Source of the DNA: Amoebophrya sp. A120
Taxonomy: Eukaryota > Protista > Dinoflagellata
Direction: 5' to 3'
Assembly (NCBI GenBank): GCA_905178155.1
Contig: CAJINV010000015.1
Coordinates: 1,035,907-1,099,906 of the forward strand
Length of the DNA: 64,000 bases
The stretch's first letter is position 1, and every line of letters begins with the position of its first letter. The position numbers were made by a program, and so were the translations under genes. The notes under the pieces are model-generated. The model saw nothing but the letters and a program-made list of their open reading frames with translations, had not been told where the DNA came from and did not search any database. Of the stretch, positions 1 to 11,700 are shown piece after piece.

Positions 1-2115
1 TTCAATTGTGCGAGTAGACTGTCACCCTCTTGGACCAGCTCGCGGAGCTCCCGATCGAAGTCCATGTTGGCTGCTGTTGTTACGCTGGTACAACTCTAGG
101 TCTAGTGCCGCACTAACCAACCGCCCCTAGGAGACAGCCTTTGTATTGTACGAGCCCGCAGGAAGCCGCTTCGAGCGTGTCCTCTTGCAGGCGCTTGTAG
201 TTGCGGAAACAACAGCGGAGGTCGTGATGAAGACGGGGCTGCGGCTTATCTCTCGCCGTGATGTGCTATCTTTGCCCGGGACTTTGACTCGCCACCGCCC
301 AACCTATGCTCTCGTTCTGCGAAAAGATTTTTTCAAACAGAATAAACGGTACGTGCTTACTAGATGCTTATGCTAACGTTGATGGTGACGAAGGGGAAGG
401 CCATCCCAAGAGAACGGCTGTATGCCAACTGTACTCGATGGCTCCACAATGACGCGAAAGAAGAACGCCCAAAACGTCAATAACTCTGGTGCTGCTGGGT
501 AAACGAAAACAGACGACTCCGCCAGCATAATTGCAGGCTCTTGCATGATCCAATACCACTCAAATCTTTCGATTGCTCATCTTGGCTCTGTACTGCGCTC
601 GTGTTGCAAACATCGATTCACCGGTACACACGCAATTGGAACAGAACTAGCTGGTTTTTGTCGTCAAACACGAAAGGTCTGCGGTCCTGGGGGCGGCCCA
701 CGACCCGCAAGAGAGACAGCCCAAAAGCCGACGCGCTACGTTTTTTTCTTTCTTTTGCTGAAACGTTTTCTGCGAAAATTCCGAGTTTCATCAAATAGGC
801 CGTCTGACACATCTCAAAAGTAGAATTTAGGCAATTCTATTCCATAGGACGGTTGGTGCGGTCAGAACTTTTCCACCTATTGATCACCTCCATCGGGGAA
901 AACGAATATCAGATACGCCCTACTGATCGAGAAAATAGAAGTGCAGCCGTTTTGTTTTACCGAGCCAATGCTACTACAAAGGCTCCAGACATGGGGTAAA
1001 ACAAGTCTACTAGTACCTCTGCAAACACTAAAATCGGGCTGTAAAAAGACGAATTTAGGTTTTTCGTCCTCAACAAAGAAAAGAGTGTTCGCAGGTGGAA
1101 GTGTGGTAGAAGGTGCAACTATTCTGACAACAAAGCAATATCGGACAATCGTTTGCAGAAAGTGCTGTTTTCATGCTGTAACATCAGAGGCAATAGATCT
1201 GCCGGGGACAATAGAGCTCCAGCGAAAAAGTATAGCAAAGATGTCTTACAACACAGCAAATTTAGAAAATCTTCCAAAACAGGCAGAAACGGAGGAGTCG
1301 TTGGATTTTTGATGTCACAACTGACATCTTCCGTATCACCCGCTCTAGAGAAGTCGAACTAAAACTGTGTGTAATTTCGATATAGAGGGTTGATGTCGTG
1401 GGTGACACTTAATAAAATCTTGGAAGGCGTTCGAAAATTTAAGTGAAGCCGTTTTAGAAAATTATATTGTAGTCGAATAGAAACATACATATCTTCCTCC
1501 TGTGTCTTTGTCCTATCTGTGCCTATTATGCTGTTGTGCCGCTATAGAAGTCCTCAGTTTTGCTTTTGCACGGACGTTGTTGCTGTCGTGCAACAATCCG
1601 GAAATAGTACTGTTTTTAGCTCACGAATAGCAGGACTTCTACAGCGGATAATTTTTCATCTCTGGTGTTCTGTGCAATATCAGATTCCTCTCGGAGAAGT
1701 GTTTTGTGTTTTGCCTTGGCAAAAACTTTATGTGGTCAGACCGATTGCACGCAAGCGTTTTATTCCTCCATAAGCAGTCCGATTTTTAAATGTTCGTGGC
1801 ACAAATAGTTATTTGCTTCTTGGTCGAAAATTTTCTGAAACCGTTGATACAGTCCTAGTTTGATGTCTTCACGATAAAATAACCTGATCGTAATCTAGTA
1901 GTAAATTTCGTAAAAATTTTGCAATAGTAGTTACTAAAAGTTGAAGTCGTTGCGATAGCGCGATGTTGAAAACGCTTGAAGATGTAGCCTAAAATTTGTA
2001 ACCTTGAAAGAAGATTTTTACACCTGGGTGAAGTTCGTGTCACTTAAGCCGCATGATCTTGAGGGCGGAACTTCTCATGCTGTTTCACCTCCATCTCCGA
2101 AACAGGCACAGCTAC

Positions 2116-3902
2116 TTACTTCTTCAGGCGGGGGATCAGGTCACCGATCTTCTTGCAGCACCCGCACGCCGGCTTGAAGTCGGCCCTGTGTGATCAGAGG
2201 TTAAGGGTTTAGGAGTTTGCACAACGTTTTAGCATGACTTTTGATATTTCATTCGTGTGAACTTATTGATGTATCACAATGGTCACGTACTTCATATACA
2301 AACTTGCGCGATTGTCGTCTTGTGTCATGCCTTTGCCATGCATATCAATCCAAAACAAAAATGTATACATGCAGTTCAGGCCGCAGGAGTTCAACAGGCA
2401 CGGCACTTCGTCGTTGCACGGGATCGCGCACCGGGAGTCCAGGCAGAAGCACTGGTTCTTGCACTCCAGGATCTCCTGCGGGATCTTCCAGTAACTGTAG
2501 TTTTTTTGTTTAATCGTGTTTACTACCCTTGTTGTAATTCCAAGTTGTTTGGAAACGATATCACCCATCTTAGTTATACGAAATAGAAATACGCATTATA
2601 AAAAACGCTCGTAAAATTATGCATGTGTGTGACAAAGGGGGAAGATACCGATAGACATAGATCAAATTATCTAAAAAATTTAAGTACCGCTGCTGCTCGA
2701 CGACGGCGCAGAACCGCTTGTTCTCATCCTTGCAGTATCAAATGCAAAAATGTCTGGGTCTGGAAGAGTGCGCGACTTGTCATGCAGATTTTTCATGACT
2801 CATGAGGTCTGGAATCGAGAAACGAGCATGACAGATTCTGTAGAGACCTCTGCCATGCCTGTCCCGCATGAGAAGCTGCCTCGCAACCAGGTCCAAAGAG
2901 GACAACTTTTGGTAGGCATGCAACACAGATTTTTACAGGATGCGGACTTAGCATGACAAGGGGCGACCTTCCAGACCCAGACATATTTGCAATGCATATG
3001 CAGTCCAACGGCTTGCAGCACGCCTGACGCTGCTGGATGAACAGCAGGGTACCGTCGGCCTGGCACCCAATGCAGGCCGGAAAGGCACAGTACAGGGACG
3101 TGATGGCGCAGATAGAACCGTTGCAGGGACTGTGGTTTCAGATAATTCAGTTCATTTTTATAATGTCATCAAATTTTTCATGCACGACAGGTGGAAGGAA
3201 CCAAGATTTAAAAAACAGTCACTGTCTACTTCAACTTCTCCGTGCAACCACGCATGAGAAATAAACGCTTCTTTGATGCAAAAAACAAAATGACAACAGT
3301 ACACTAAGTCCTCGGTCTTGACGGCGGACTGATCACGGTTGTCCTCCGCGGCGTGGCAACCCTCGGAGAAGTATGAAATTGAAAACAGGTGGGTGGTATC
3401 ACATTTTCCATACGCTTATGCTATTGCTACTGAATATCGTGCATGGCAAGGGATCGCTACGAAGCACACCACGTTCGCATAGGAAATAATCCGAAGCCCC
3501 AGCCCGTGTAAAGTAGAAACTTTGTCATCATGCGTCCATGTCTGTGCACAGTACGTATCAGCAATTCAAGCTGCAACACTACCCACAATTTTTTCTACGT
3601 TCCATACGAAGTTGCAGCGGGCGACCTGGTCCATGTCCATGGAGCACAAGTTCGGCAGGCGGTGGGATTCCATGTCTGTAGAAGATTTAATGTTTTTTTG
3701 TTTGTCATGCGAAAACGAAAAGATAGAACAAAACTGTCATGCTATCTCTGCTTTGCATAAAACAAAAGAACGTACTAATACCGTGCTGCAGCGGCACTTC
3801 CAGAGCCATGGCGGCCTTCACCGTTTCCTGCGCGGCCTGCATCTCCAGGTCCATGGGCGTCTCGTGACGCATGTTCACCATCTCTTGGGAGGGAGCCTGC
3901 AT
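2116..3902 (-). CDS. Cysteine-rich protein, paralog 1 (multi-exon)
   Basis: Manual splicing gives MQAPSQEMVNM...SEGCHAAEDNRDQSAVKTEDLVPCNGSICAITSLYCAFPACIGCQADGTLLFIQQRQACCKPLDCKDENKRFC...YWKIPQEILECKNQCFCLDSRCAIPCNDEVPCLLNSCGLN...CGCCKKIGDLIPRLKK*. It has GT-AG introns plus two introners and is collinear with the gene at 6148-7915. Confidence 0.8.
2736..2998. mobile_element. Introner family A (TIR core tgtctgggtctggaag)
   Basis: TSD tgcag on both sides; tatcaaatgcaaaaatgtctgggtctggaag ... cttccagacccagacatatttgcaatgcata; excision restores LDC/KDENK. Confidence 0.92.
3372..3606. mobile_element. Degenerate introner
   Basis: tatgaaattgaaaa...ttccata; TSD agaag/cgaag; weak IR; excision restores CNF/SEGCH. 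Confidence 0.65.
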
Positions 3903-6147
3903 TTTCTGCGTTGGGTTTCCAAACGAAGAACGTTCCAAAATCTAAACTCGGCACAGACAGGAAAAAGCTACGAGAGCAGGATTTTTGCAAGTTTGCTATT
4001 GTAGAAGTTGACGTAAACGTCGGTTTTTTACAGCGGGTTTAGTTTGGGGTAAAGCTTTGCGGAAAAGTGGGATGCGGGGCGACTCCACACTTTCTTGTGT
4101 ACAACCTGGTCAGGGTAGGGAATAGAATGTAGGTTAATTTTTCACGAAATTCCACATGCCTTCACGGTGCTCCCTCAACGCCACGGTGGTTGCTCTCGAG
4201 ATTACACCCCACTCAGCGAAGGAAATACAAATAGACGCGATTTATTACATGCATCGTAACTAAACTAAAAACGACCACTGGTATTTCTACATGTTGTTTC
4301 TTCATCATCTCTCCCAGCCGACGTCACTCTGTGTTTCTGCAACCTGTAGTGCGCAACGACCCTCTGTAGTACGTAAAAATTCTGTACGTAGCGCTTTTAG
4401 ATGTAGCATTTTGCTCAGTGTACGAATGAGTATTTGTACGCCAAACCGATACTATTAGAATGTCTCTCTTTGCGGTTCCAATTCCATTTATTCGCTGCAC
4501 GAAACAAAAACCGATCAAGTTGCACCTTGTTTTTTAGTGAAACTACGAAGAACCGATGAGTTCATCCATATTTCTGCTTTACATGAAACGACATTTGCAC
4601 CGAAAATTTTGTGTACGGTCCCTATTCCAGCCGACCACCTCCTCTGCACACGACGACAACCAACGTTGATGTAATCGCAGGCCGTGGCGGCACAAGGACC
4701 ACACAGCACGGCTCACCGCCTGCGGCCCTGCCTCAGGCGCAGCGCTTTGTATTTTGAATTTTCGGACGTGCAGTCTCGTAGCGCGAATAAATTGTCCTCC
4801 CGACTTTTTGTACGTCTCCGCTGACAAGCAAAAGGAGAGGCCTATATTTCCACAGCCGCTAGTCAAAGTAGCTACGAAAACATAGAGCCTTATCGTGGCG
4901 AGAATCTAAAGCTCTGCTGCTACTTACTCATGTTCAGAGCGACGCATGGTAGTTTTCTACTGCTTCTCGTACAGGTGCTAAAAATTGTATAAGTGCAGCA
5001 ATAGCGCTCAACCCCCTAGAGAGGTTTTGCGAGCACATTGCGGACGTGGCTGCTCACCGAACCCAGAAGGAATAGAAACGGACCAATCATCTCTTTGTCG
5101 TCATGCAATATTCACAGTCCGAGAAATTTTTGTTTCGGAGGAGAAGAGAATGAGAGTTTGATAAAATTGTAAACATCTATAAATCTGAGAAACGATGTGA
5201 TAGTACTTATTCTTACACGGTCAGCGGGGCTGTGTTCTTTCCTCGTAGTGAGCCTAGTCAGCAAAAAGTCCGCTACAAGCAGCGACAGTAGACGTACCAG
5301 AGTTGATGACTCGTTGTCTAGATCTATTCTGCCTTTCTGAACTGCAGACTTGCGGTCCAGATTTATTCGAGTGGTCCAAAAGTCGCGAGCCGCAACTTCT
5401 ACATCTTAATCTAGAAACAATCGAAGCACCGCCACCTCTCTCGCCGATAGCTCAATAGCATACGACCTATCACTGTGACCGCTTCTTGGTAGTAAAAATT
5501 CTGGGACAAATGGAGTGACACTTACTGTAAAATAAAGTGGACGTCGCAGATGCGGCGGGGTTCTTAGCTTAGGTTCTTTAGCGGCCCATCTTCATCAAAG
5601 CCACACCTGTTGAAGCAGCTCCGTGGAAGTTTTTCCAATTGTGGACTTGCGTGTTTGCGGTTTGCAAATTATGGTGTGGGAACCCAAACCACAATACCAT
5701 CGTACCATGTGGGCTGGAAGATAAAGGACAATAAAAAACCTGAAACTAGTAAAAAAGTGCGTTTTGCATTTGCGAAATGCCGTCCAACGTAGCACAACAA
5801 AAATTATGGCCTTGATCTATTTCTTACAGTTTTTTGAAACCAGTGAGAAATTAGCACGTGAAATTTGCTAACAAAGGTTGCGCTGTAATGATCTTGTACT
5901 CAATCCGAGTCGTCCTCAGCCCCCTCCTGATAACGACTTCTGTCTGTAATAAATCTGGGTTATAATACTCTGAGAAATTGAAATGGTTTAAATTCCTGAC
6001 CGTAATCTAGTAGTAAACAGTTTTAGAAGTGAGAAGCTGTGCAGCATAGGTGATAAATAACGTGTAATTTTTGTCATCTCCTAGACAGAGTCAACTTGCC
6101 ATTCCCGACGCATGGGCATGAAGATGGTGACAATGCGCAGGAGCCGC

Positions 6148-7915
6148 TTACTTCTTGTCATTACCAGTGATGGCGCCGAGCTGTTTTGTTCGATTCAGAA
6201 GGCGATCTTTTATGTACCTATCATCCGTAAAAACACTGTATGCAAAAACTACATCACAGAACCCTTTCCTCTTGCGAAAAACAGCATGACAAATTTTCAA
6301 AAATACCTTCTTGCAGCAGCCGGTGGTGGGGAAGCAGTTGATGCCCATCATGTTCACGATCATCGGCACATCCTTGGTGCACGGCAGGGTATGGAACGGA
6401 AAAAAACTTTCCGAAGTTTGACCTTCTGTAAACTTGTCAACTACATGCGGAACAACTCCACCAAGTGAAAGAACCGATGGTCTTGTTTCCATCTACGGCA
6501 CAGAGTCGTCGTGTTCTTCTTGGGTATAATACTTCTGTTTTCGGATCTTCTTCTTTCTCTGCATCATCAACATACATGGGAATAACTTATCCGCTGAACA
6601 AGTTTTATGGCCAAACCTCGTGGGAAACTGGTGATCACACTCGCGTACAGGGCCGCGCGGACGTCGATGCAGAAGCACTGCTGGTTGCACTGCACCAGGG
6701 TGCGGGGCTGCATCAGGTACCTGAAGAATCAAAAATATTTAAAATTCCAAACTTGGAGGACTGCGTGGAAAAAATCTTCATTCCTCGACTTTTTCATCGT
6801 ATTTTCCATTGTGCAGAAACACAACAGTAGACCAAAGCCAGCATCTAACAGTAAAACCAAACCATCTAAATTCGATGTCGTGGAACAGAAAAGACTATCA
6901 AGAAAAAATCATCTCTGTAATTGATGTACATGTTGCAGTTATCGCAGGCGCAGCAGCGCTTCTCGGCGTCCTTGCAGTCCAGCGGCTTGCAGCATGCGAC
7001 AGTCTGCTGGCAGAACAGCACTTCGGATATGAACTGCAAAAGCATCGCACTAGTAGAAATCGCATGACAAATTCACTCAGCATGAGAAATACAATTTGTA
7101 ATGCTGTTTTCCCTTTGAAAATAGATCTGTCAATGTCATACATGATTGCCATTACTACGAGTACGATAACTTTTGCACAGGATATCGGAGTTACCGGAGC
7201 ACCCGATGCAGGCCGGGAAGGTGCAGTACAGGGACTCGATGCAGAACAGGCACCCGAAGCACGGACTGTTTTTTTAAATAAGGGGTAAAATGTCTCATGC
7301 TACACAGAACGATGAAGCAAACTTATTATCGAATTTGTCATGCGAATCTTGGAACGACAGTCATGTTTTTGATACAAATACCACAATAGTACTACATCAC
7401 ACTGATTAAAAATTGTTTTGGAAGTAGTAAGTACATCAGGTCGTTGGGGTCGGCAGCCGCGTCACCGGATTCGTTGGGCATGCAGTGGTATGCAATACAA
7501 ATTTACATCGATCTGGTAGTGAGTTCCCCCGAAGTGATTTTGCATCAAATCTAAATGCGTGACTAGCATGGCTGGACAATATCAATGTCGGGTACGGTTG
7601 GACTGCTCTAATTCTTCTTCTTCTCCTTTTTATCGAGAACCACCCAGATCGATGTTTTTTGCAGTGGATAAGTGGGTCCCCTCGCAGATCGTTGGGTACA
7701 GGTTCAAGCCCGGAGACATAGCTGTATTAAATGTGATTTTCGACAATTTCTCATGCGTTAAGTAAATCAGAATCACAATCTGTCATGCACATTTGTGTTC
7801 TACTGCAAGAACCAACCATTTGTAGTACTCAACAAGTTCCTATACCTGGCAACTTCTCACCCATGGCCTGTTGGGCCGGGCACTCCAGAGCCTGCGTCTT
7901 GATCATGTCAGCCAT
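6148..7915 (-). CDS. Cysteine-rich protein, paralog 2 (multi-exon)
   Basis: MADMIKTQALECPAQQ...CEGTHCMPNESGDAAADPNDLIPCFGCLFCIESLYCTFPACIGCSGNSEVLFCQQTVACCKPLDCKDAEKRCC...YLMQPRTLVQCNQQCFCIDVRAALPCTKDVPMIVNMMGINCFPTTGCCKK/LGAITGNDKK*. The Cys pattern matches paralog 1; the last exon is inferred. Confidence 0.8.
6390..6647. mobile_element. Degenerate introner
   Basis: TSD caggg; left end tatggaacggaaaa; excision restores RAAL/PCTKD. Confidence 0.7.
7028..7184. mobile_element. Introner family B (TIR core tgcaaaagYatcgYactMgta)
   Basis: TSD tcgga; tatgaactgcaaaagcatcg...gataacttttgcacaggata; excision restores GNSE/VLFC. Confidence 0.92.
7489..7670. mobile_element. Introner (IR acatcgatctgg)
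   Basis: TSD agtgg; TAT/ATA ends; IR acatcgatctgg/ccagatcgatgt; excision restores GTH/CMPNE. Confidence 0.8.
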
Positions 7916-8721
7916 TTTTGTTGTGTTTTTTTCAATTCGGATGAACTGAAAAAAATTTGTGTCCTCTGCTGTGTCCTAGAGAAGGAAAATGGTTTTTGAT
8001 GTCGAGAGACAAGTGCGTCGTCGTGGGTTTTGAAATTTTTGCGTAGAAGTACAGCGGGTAGTTCTTATTTGATTAACTAGTTGCAAGGGTGGGTTGCAAA
8101 TAGTTGAGTCACTCCTGTTTGATGTGTAGTTTTAAATTCAATGGGTTCGTCGTGTGATGAAATACACTTACGGAAACAACTACGCGAGCGTGTCTCTCGA
8201 AGAAGCGGCCAATCGATAGAAACCAGACTAGGCAGACAACGCTCATATCTTCTGACGCGAAACTCTCAAAATGCAAAACCTCTCATAACACCTCTGTTTG
8301 TAGACTCGCTCGCAGCTGTCAAAACTCTGCCTCTCCCATGCCTAGGTTGACCAACCACATCAGTTCGCGTTGTAAAGAATAGTTCTGCACGGACGTAGCA
8401 CTCAGTTTTTGGCCAATGCACTCCCTCGTTTTACAACTGTTACACTTGCGGACGACCCTTGTTTCTTCTTGCACGAGAATTCTACGTAGTAGCTCCTTGA
8501 GTGGTGTACGAATGTGTGCCCTTTCACCGATGTACTGATGTTTTTGTCTTTTATTTATGACCGAAAACTATGTAATTCCAATGTTACTCAAATTTCGCTT
8601 TTACGACCCTTGACCGGCTTGTACGACAAGTTCGGACTACCTTTGCATGTTTTTTAATGCACGATTTAAAAAATTCGTCTTCATCTACGTAAGGACGTAC
8701 GACAAAATAGTACCGACTGCT

Positions 8722-11700
8722 TTAGATGCACGACTTGACAGCGATACTAACCGACGCGCTTCCTCTAGACGACCACTTATCACGGGAGCACGAACAAAAA
8801 GCTCGACTGCTGGACCAGCTCCACAAAATTGGCGCAGATCTGCACCAGATCTTCACGCTTTTCGTCATCAGAGAAAGACAATAATATCGCGCAGAATTTC
8901 TAATGCCGCCACTGCGAATGGAAAAGTCGATTAGTTCTCCGGTTCTTTCATTCACGGGTTGACCACAATAACTGGTCAGACTCTCCCTCGAAGCTGCTGA
9001 TAATAACAGGCACTTTGTTGAAATCTCTACCAAAAGTTGGTTGTAAAATCTGTCTTGCGAGAAAAAATGCAGAATCGTCTGCACCTCCGGTTCCAGTTGT
9101 TGCGCTGCTTTTAACGAATCCGACATTCGAGATTTCACGGTTGCATGTATCTTCGTGGACGCCGTGGCCTCATCTTGTCCATCTGATGAAACATTTTTAA
9201 CCTCAGGAGCTGCGGAGAACGTCGTCGTATCTGCTGGCGATGGGGCCTGCGCACGATGCTGCTCTCTTTTCGCGATTCGCAAAAGAAAACCCCCTTCCTG
9301 TACTTCTTCACTGCGCTGAGACACAGCTTGTGCGGTGGAGAATGAAGACGCAACTTTCTGCTGTTTTTCTCTTTCCACTCGCACCCAAATGCCGTCTTTT
9401 GATTTCATTTTCTCCAGCAAGTTCGGCAAAAACTCCGAGTTTAGACGATTTAGCTTCGCGGTTTCTACACGTGTTTCATCAGTAGTTCCACTTGATGCGT
9501 TTGCTGTTTTACCAGGAAAGGACAAATTGGATGATGAATTGGATCTTCCCAGTTGATCTGCATTGTTCCCCGGAGGACTATCTTCTTCACGACCGGAGGA
9601 GCTTTTCTGCAGCACCAGCATTGGTACGGTGTTTTGGAACTCAATCCGCTGGTAGAAGTAGAAGGAAGACGTCGGTTCTCGACGTTCTTGGGTCGGTCTC
9701 GCGTCCTCTTTTCCTCCCCGGCGGCGATGTCGGGCAGGAGCTTCACCCAAGCTCTTGGCTCCCTCCAAGTTGTAGATTGTGTCTTCCCATAAGACCACCT
9801 CATGCGGTAGGCAAGTTTGTAATGCGAGAAACTCAAGAAGGAGAGAAAACTGGGAGGCAAAGGTCGTGGAAAAAACACGTTGGCTGCTTATGCTTTCTCC
9901 CTGCGAAGATGAGTCCATCTCCTCGCCAGCGGACGAGTTGGTCCTGCTGTTGTTTTTCGTTCTTTTCAGTGGCGCTGCTAGTAGTGCTGCTTCTGCTGTC
10001 ATCGCAATAAAAACGACGATTCTAGTGCTCCTGCTCTTCGTGTCAACAACGCTTAGATCTCGACCCAGAGCGGGCGATGGAACAAGCGGCTCCTGGTGAA
10101 AGCGCCAAAGAGCGGCTGCGCCAATGTTTTTTGTTGCACCTGCAGGTCCAGAGGTGATGACCGCATGATGATGCTGGTGGTGATCGACGTCTTTTTCTGA
10201 TCCTACTGCTTTCATACTGTTGTGGTCGTAGAGGTAGTGGACCGGTAAACCCGTCAAAACCAGAACCGCTGTGATTAGCCAAGACACATCATGTACTACT
10301 TCATCTTGATCTCCGAAACCGATAGAGGACTCCAGTGCGGCTTGCGCCATACTTTCTGTTCGTGCTCTTGCGGGAGGTGGTCCTCCATCTTCTTCTCCTT
10401 CCACGCTCGCTTTGGAACTTCCGGTTCCGGTTACTACTGCGGTTCCACGATCAGTTGCTGTTCCTAACACAAACAGTGCCGCTGTGACGAAGGATCGACG
10501 GGGTAAAATGATTTTATTCGCAGGAGCAGCGGAGGAGATAGATGTTGCTTTTGCCTCCGATGCAGATTTGAAATTGAATCCCTCTTCAATGAAGTCGGCA
10601 ATCGGTTGCGATAAATCATTATCCGCCACAACTTGTCTAAAACGCCCTTCCCGGCTACACGCAATCACGTGCCCGGGTCGCAGATTAGCGGCGCGGAACA
10701 TCAGGTCTTGTGTGCACCACAAGACATCCTTTTTCCCGTGCGCATCTTCATCTCCTGCGCTGGTGTCCGCCATCCCTTCAACTCCATCGGCCTCTTTACG
10801 CTCGTTCTCGTCGTTGCCGACCTGCAGCATGACAAACTCAGCTCTTTCATCCATCGAAGCTAACTGGCGTTTCAGTCGATTCATTCCACGACCCTGATTT
10901 TTATCGATGATTTCATTTTGTTCAGCCGCTCTTGCAGTGACATCGATGACCGCCATTCTTGTCCCCATGTCCGCAAAAAGCACCGGCTCGTAGAAATCCT
11001 TCGCAACCAGGTGGAGCAGCGTCGCGTCCGTACAGCTTGTTTTCGGGTAGAAATCTACGCCAAAATGCTGCTCAAACTCATTCAACACCCGCGGCTTTCT
11101 CTGGCCGTCGGTCGTCGAAATGGTCCATTCGCGGTACCAAGAAGCGACGTCTGTTGGTACGCCGGTGAAGTGCTCCGGGACTGGGAGCGGGTTTTCCACG
11201 ATACGGATGCCACTCGCTGTTAGTTTTGATGTACTGGTCGCACCATCGGTCGTAGAAGTGTCTTCGTTTGTTGCTTTTTTGTCCGTCCTAAATTTAGGAA
11301 AAACGAACTCGTCCGCGGGGACCTGCGGCCCGGAGACCGTTCTCGGATCCTGCGCGAACACTGGGCGCAGAAGCTCCCTGCGGGGGAGGGGCGATGCAGC
11401 AGCTGGGGTATGATCAATTTCGGTGGTTGAAGATGAATTATCGTCGCCGTAGAAATCTTCATCGACATGTACATGTTCTTCCCGCGCCCCACCTCGATGA
11501 TTATGAAAAATTAGTTGACTCTGCACCGCAAACCGGCGGTAGCTCGCGAGATTTCCGTACTGGCAAACGCCGATAGAAGTTGAGGAAAAACCGGCATTTG
11601 TCATGCTAGAGCCGCTTATGTGCGACGTCTGCCGCACTTCGTCCAAGTACTGCTTGCTGCGCATGCGCGTGTGGCAACACAAATGCTGGTCGAGGAGGGA

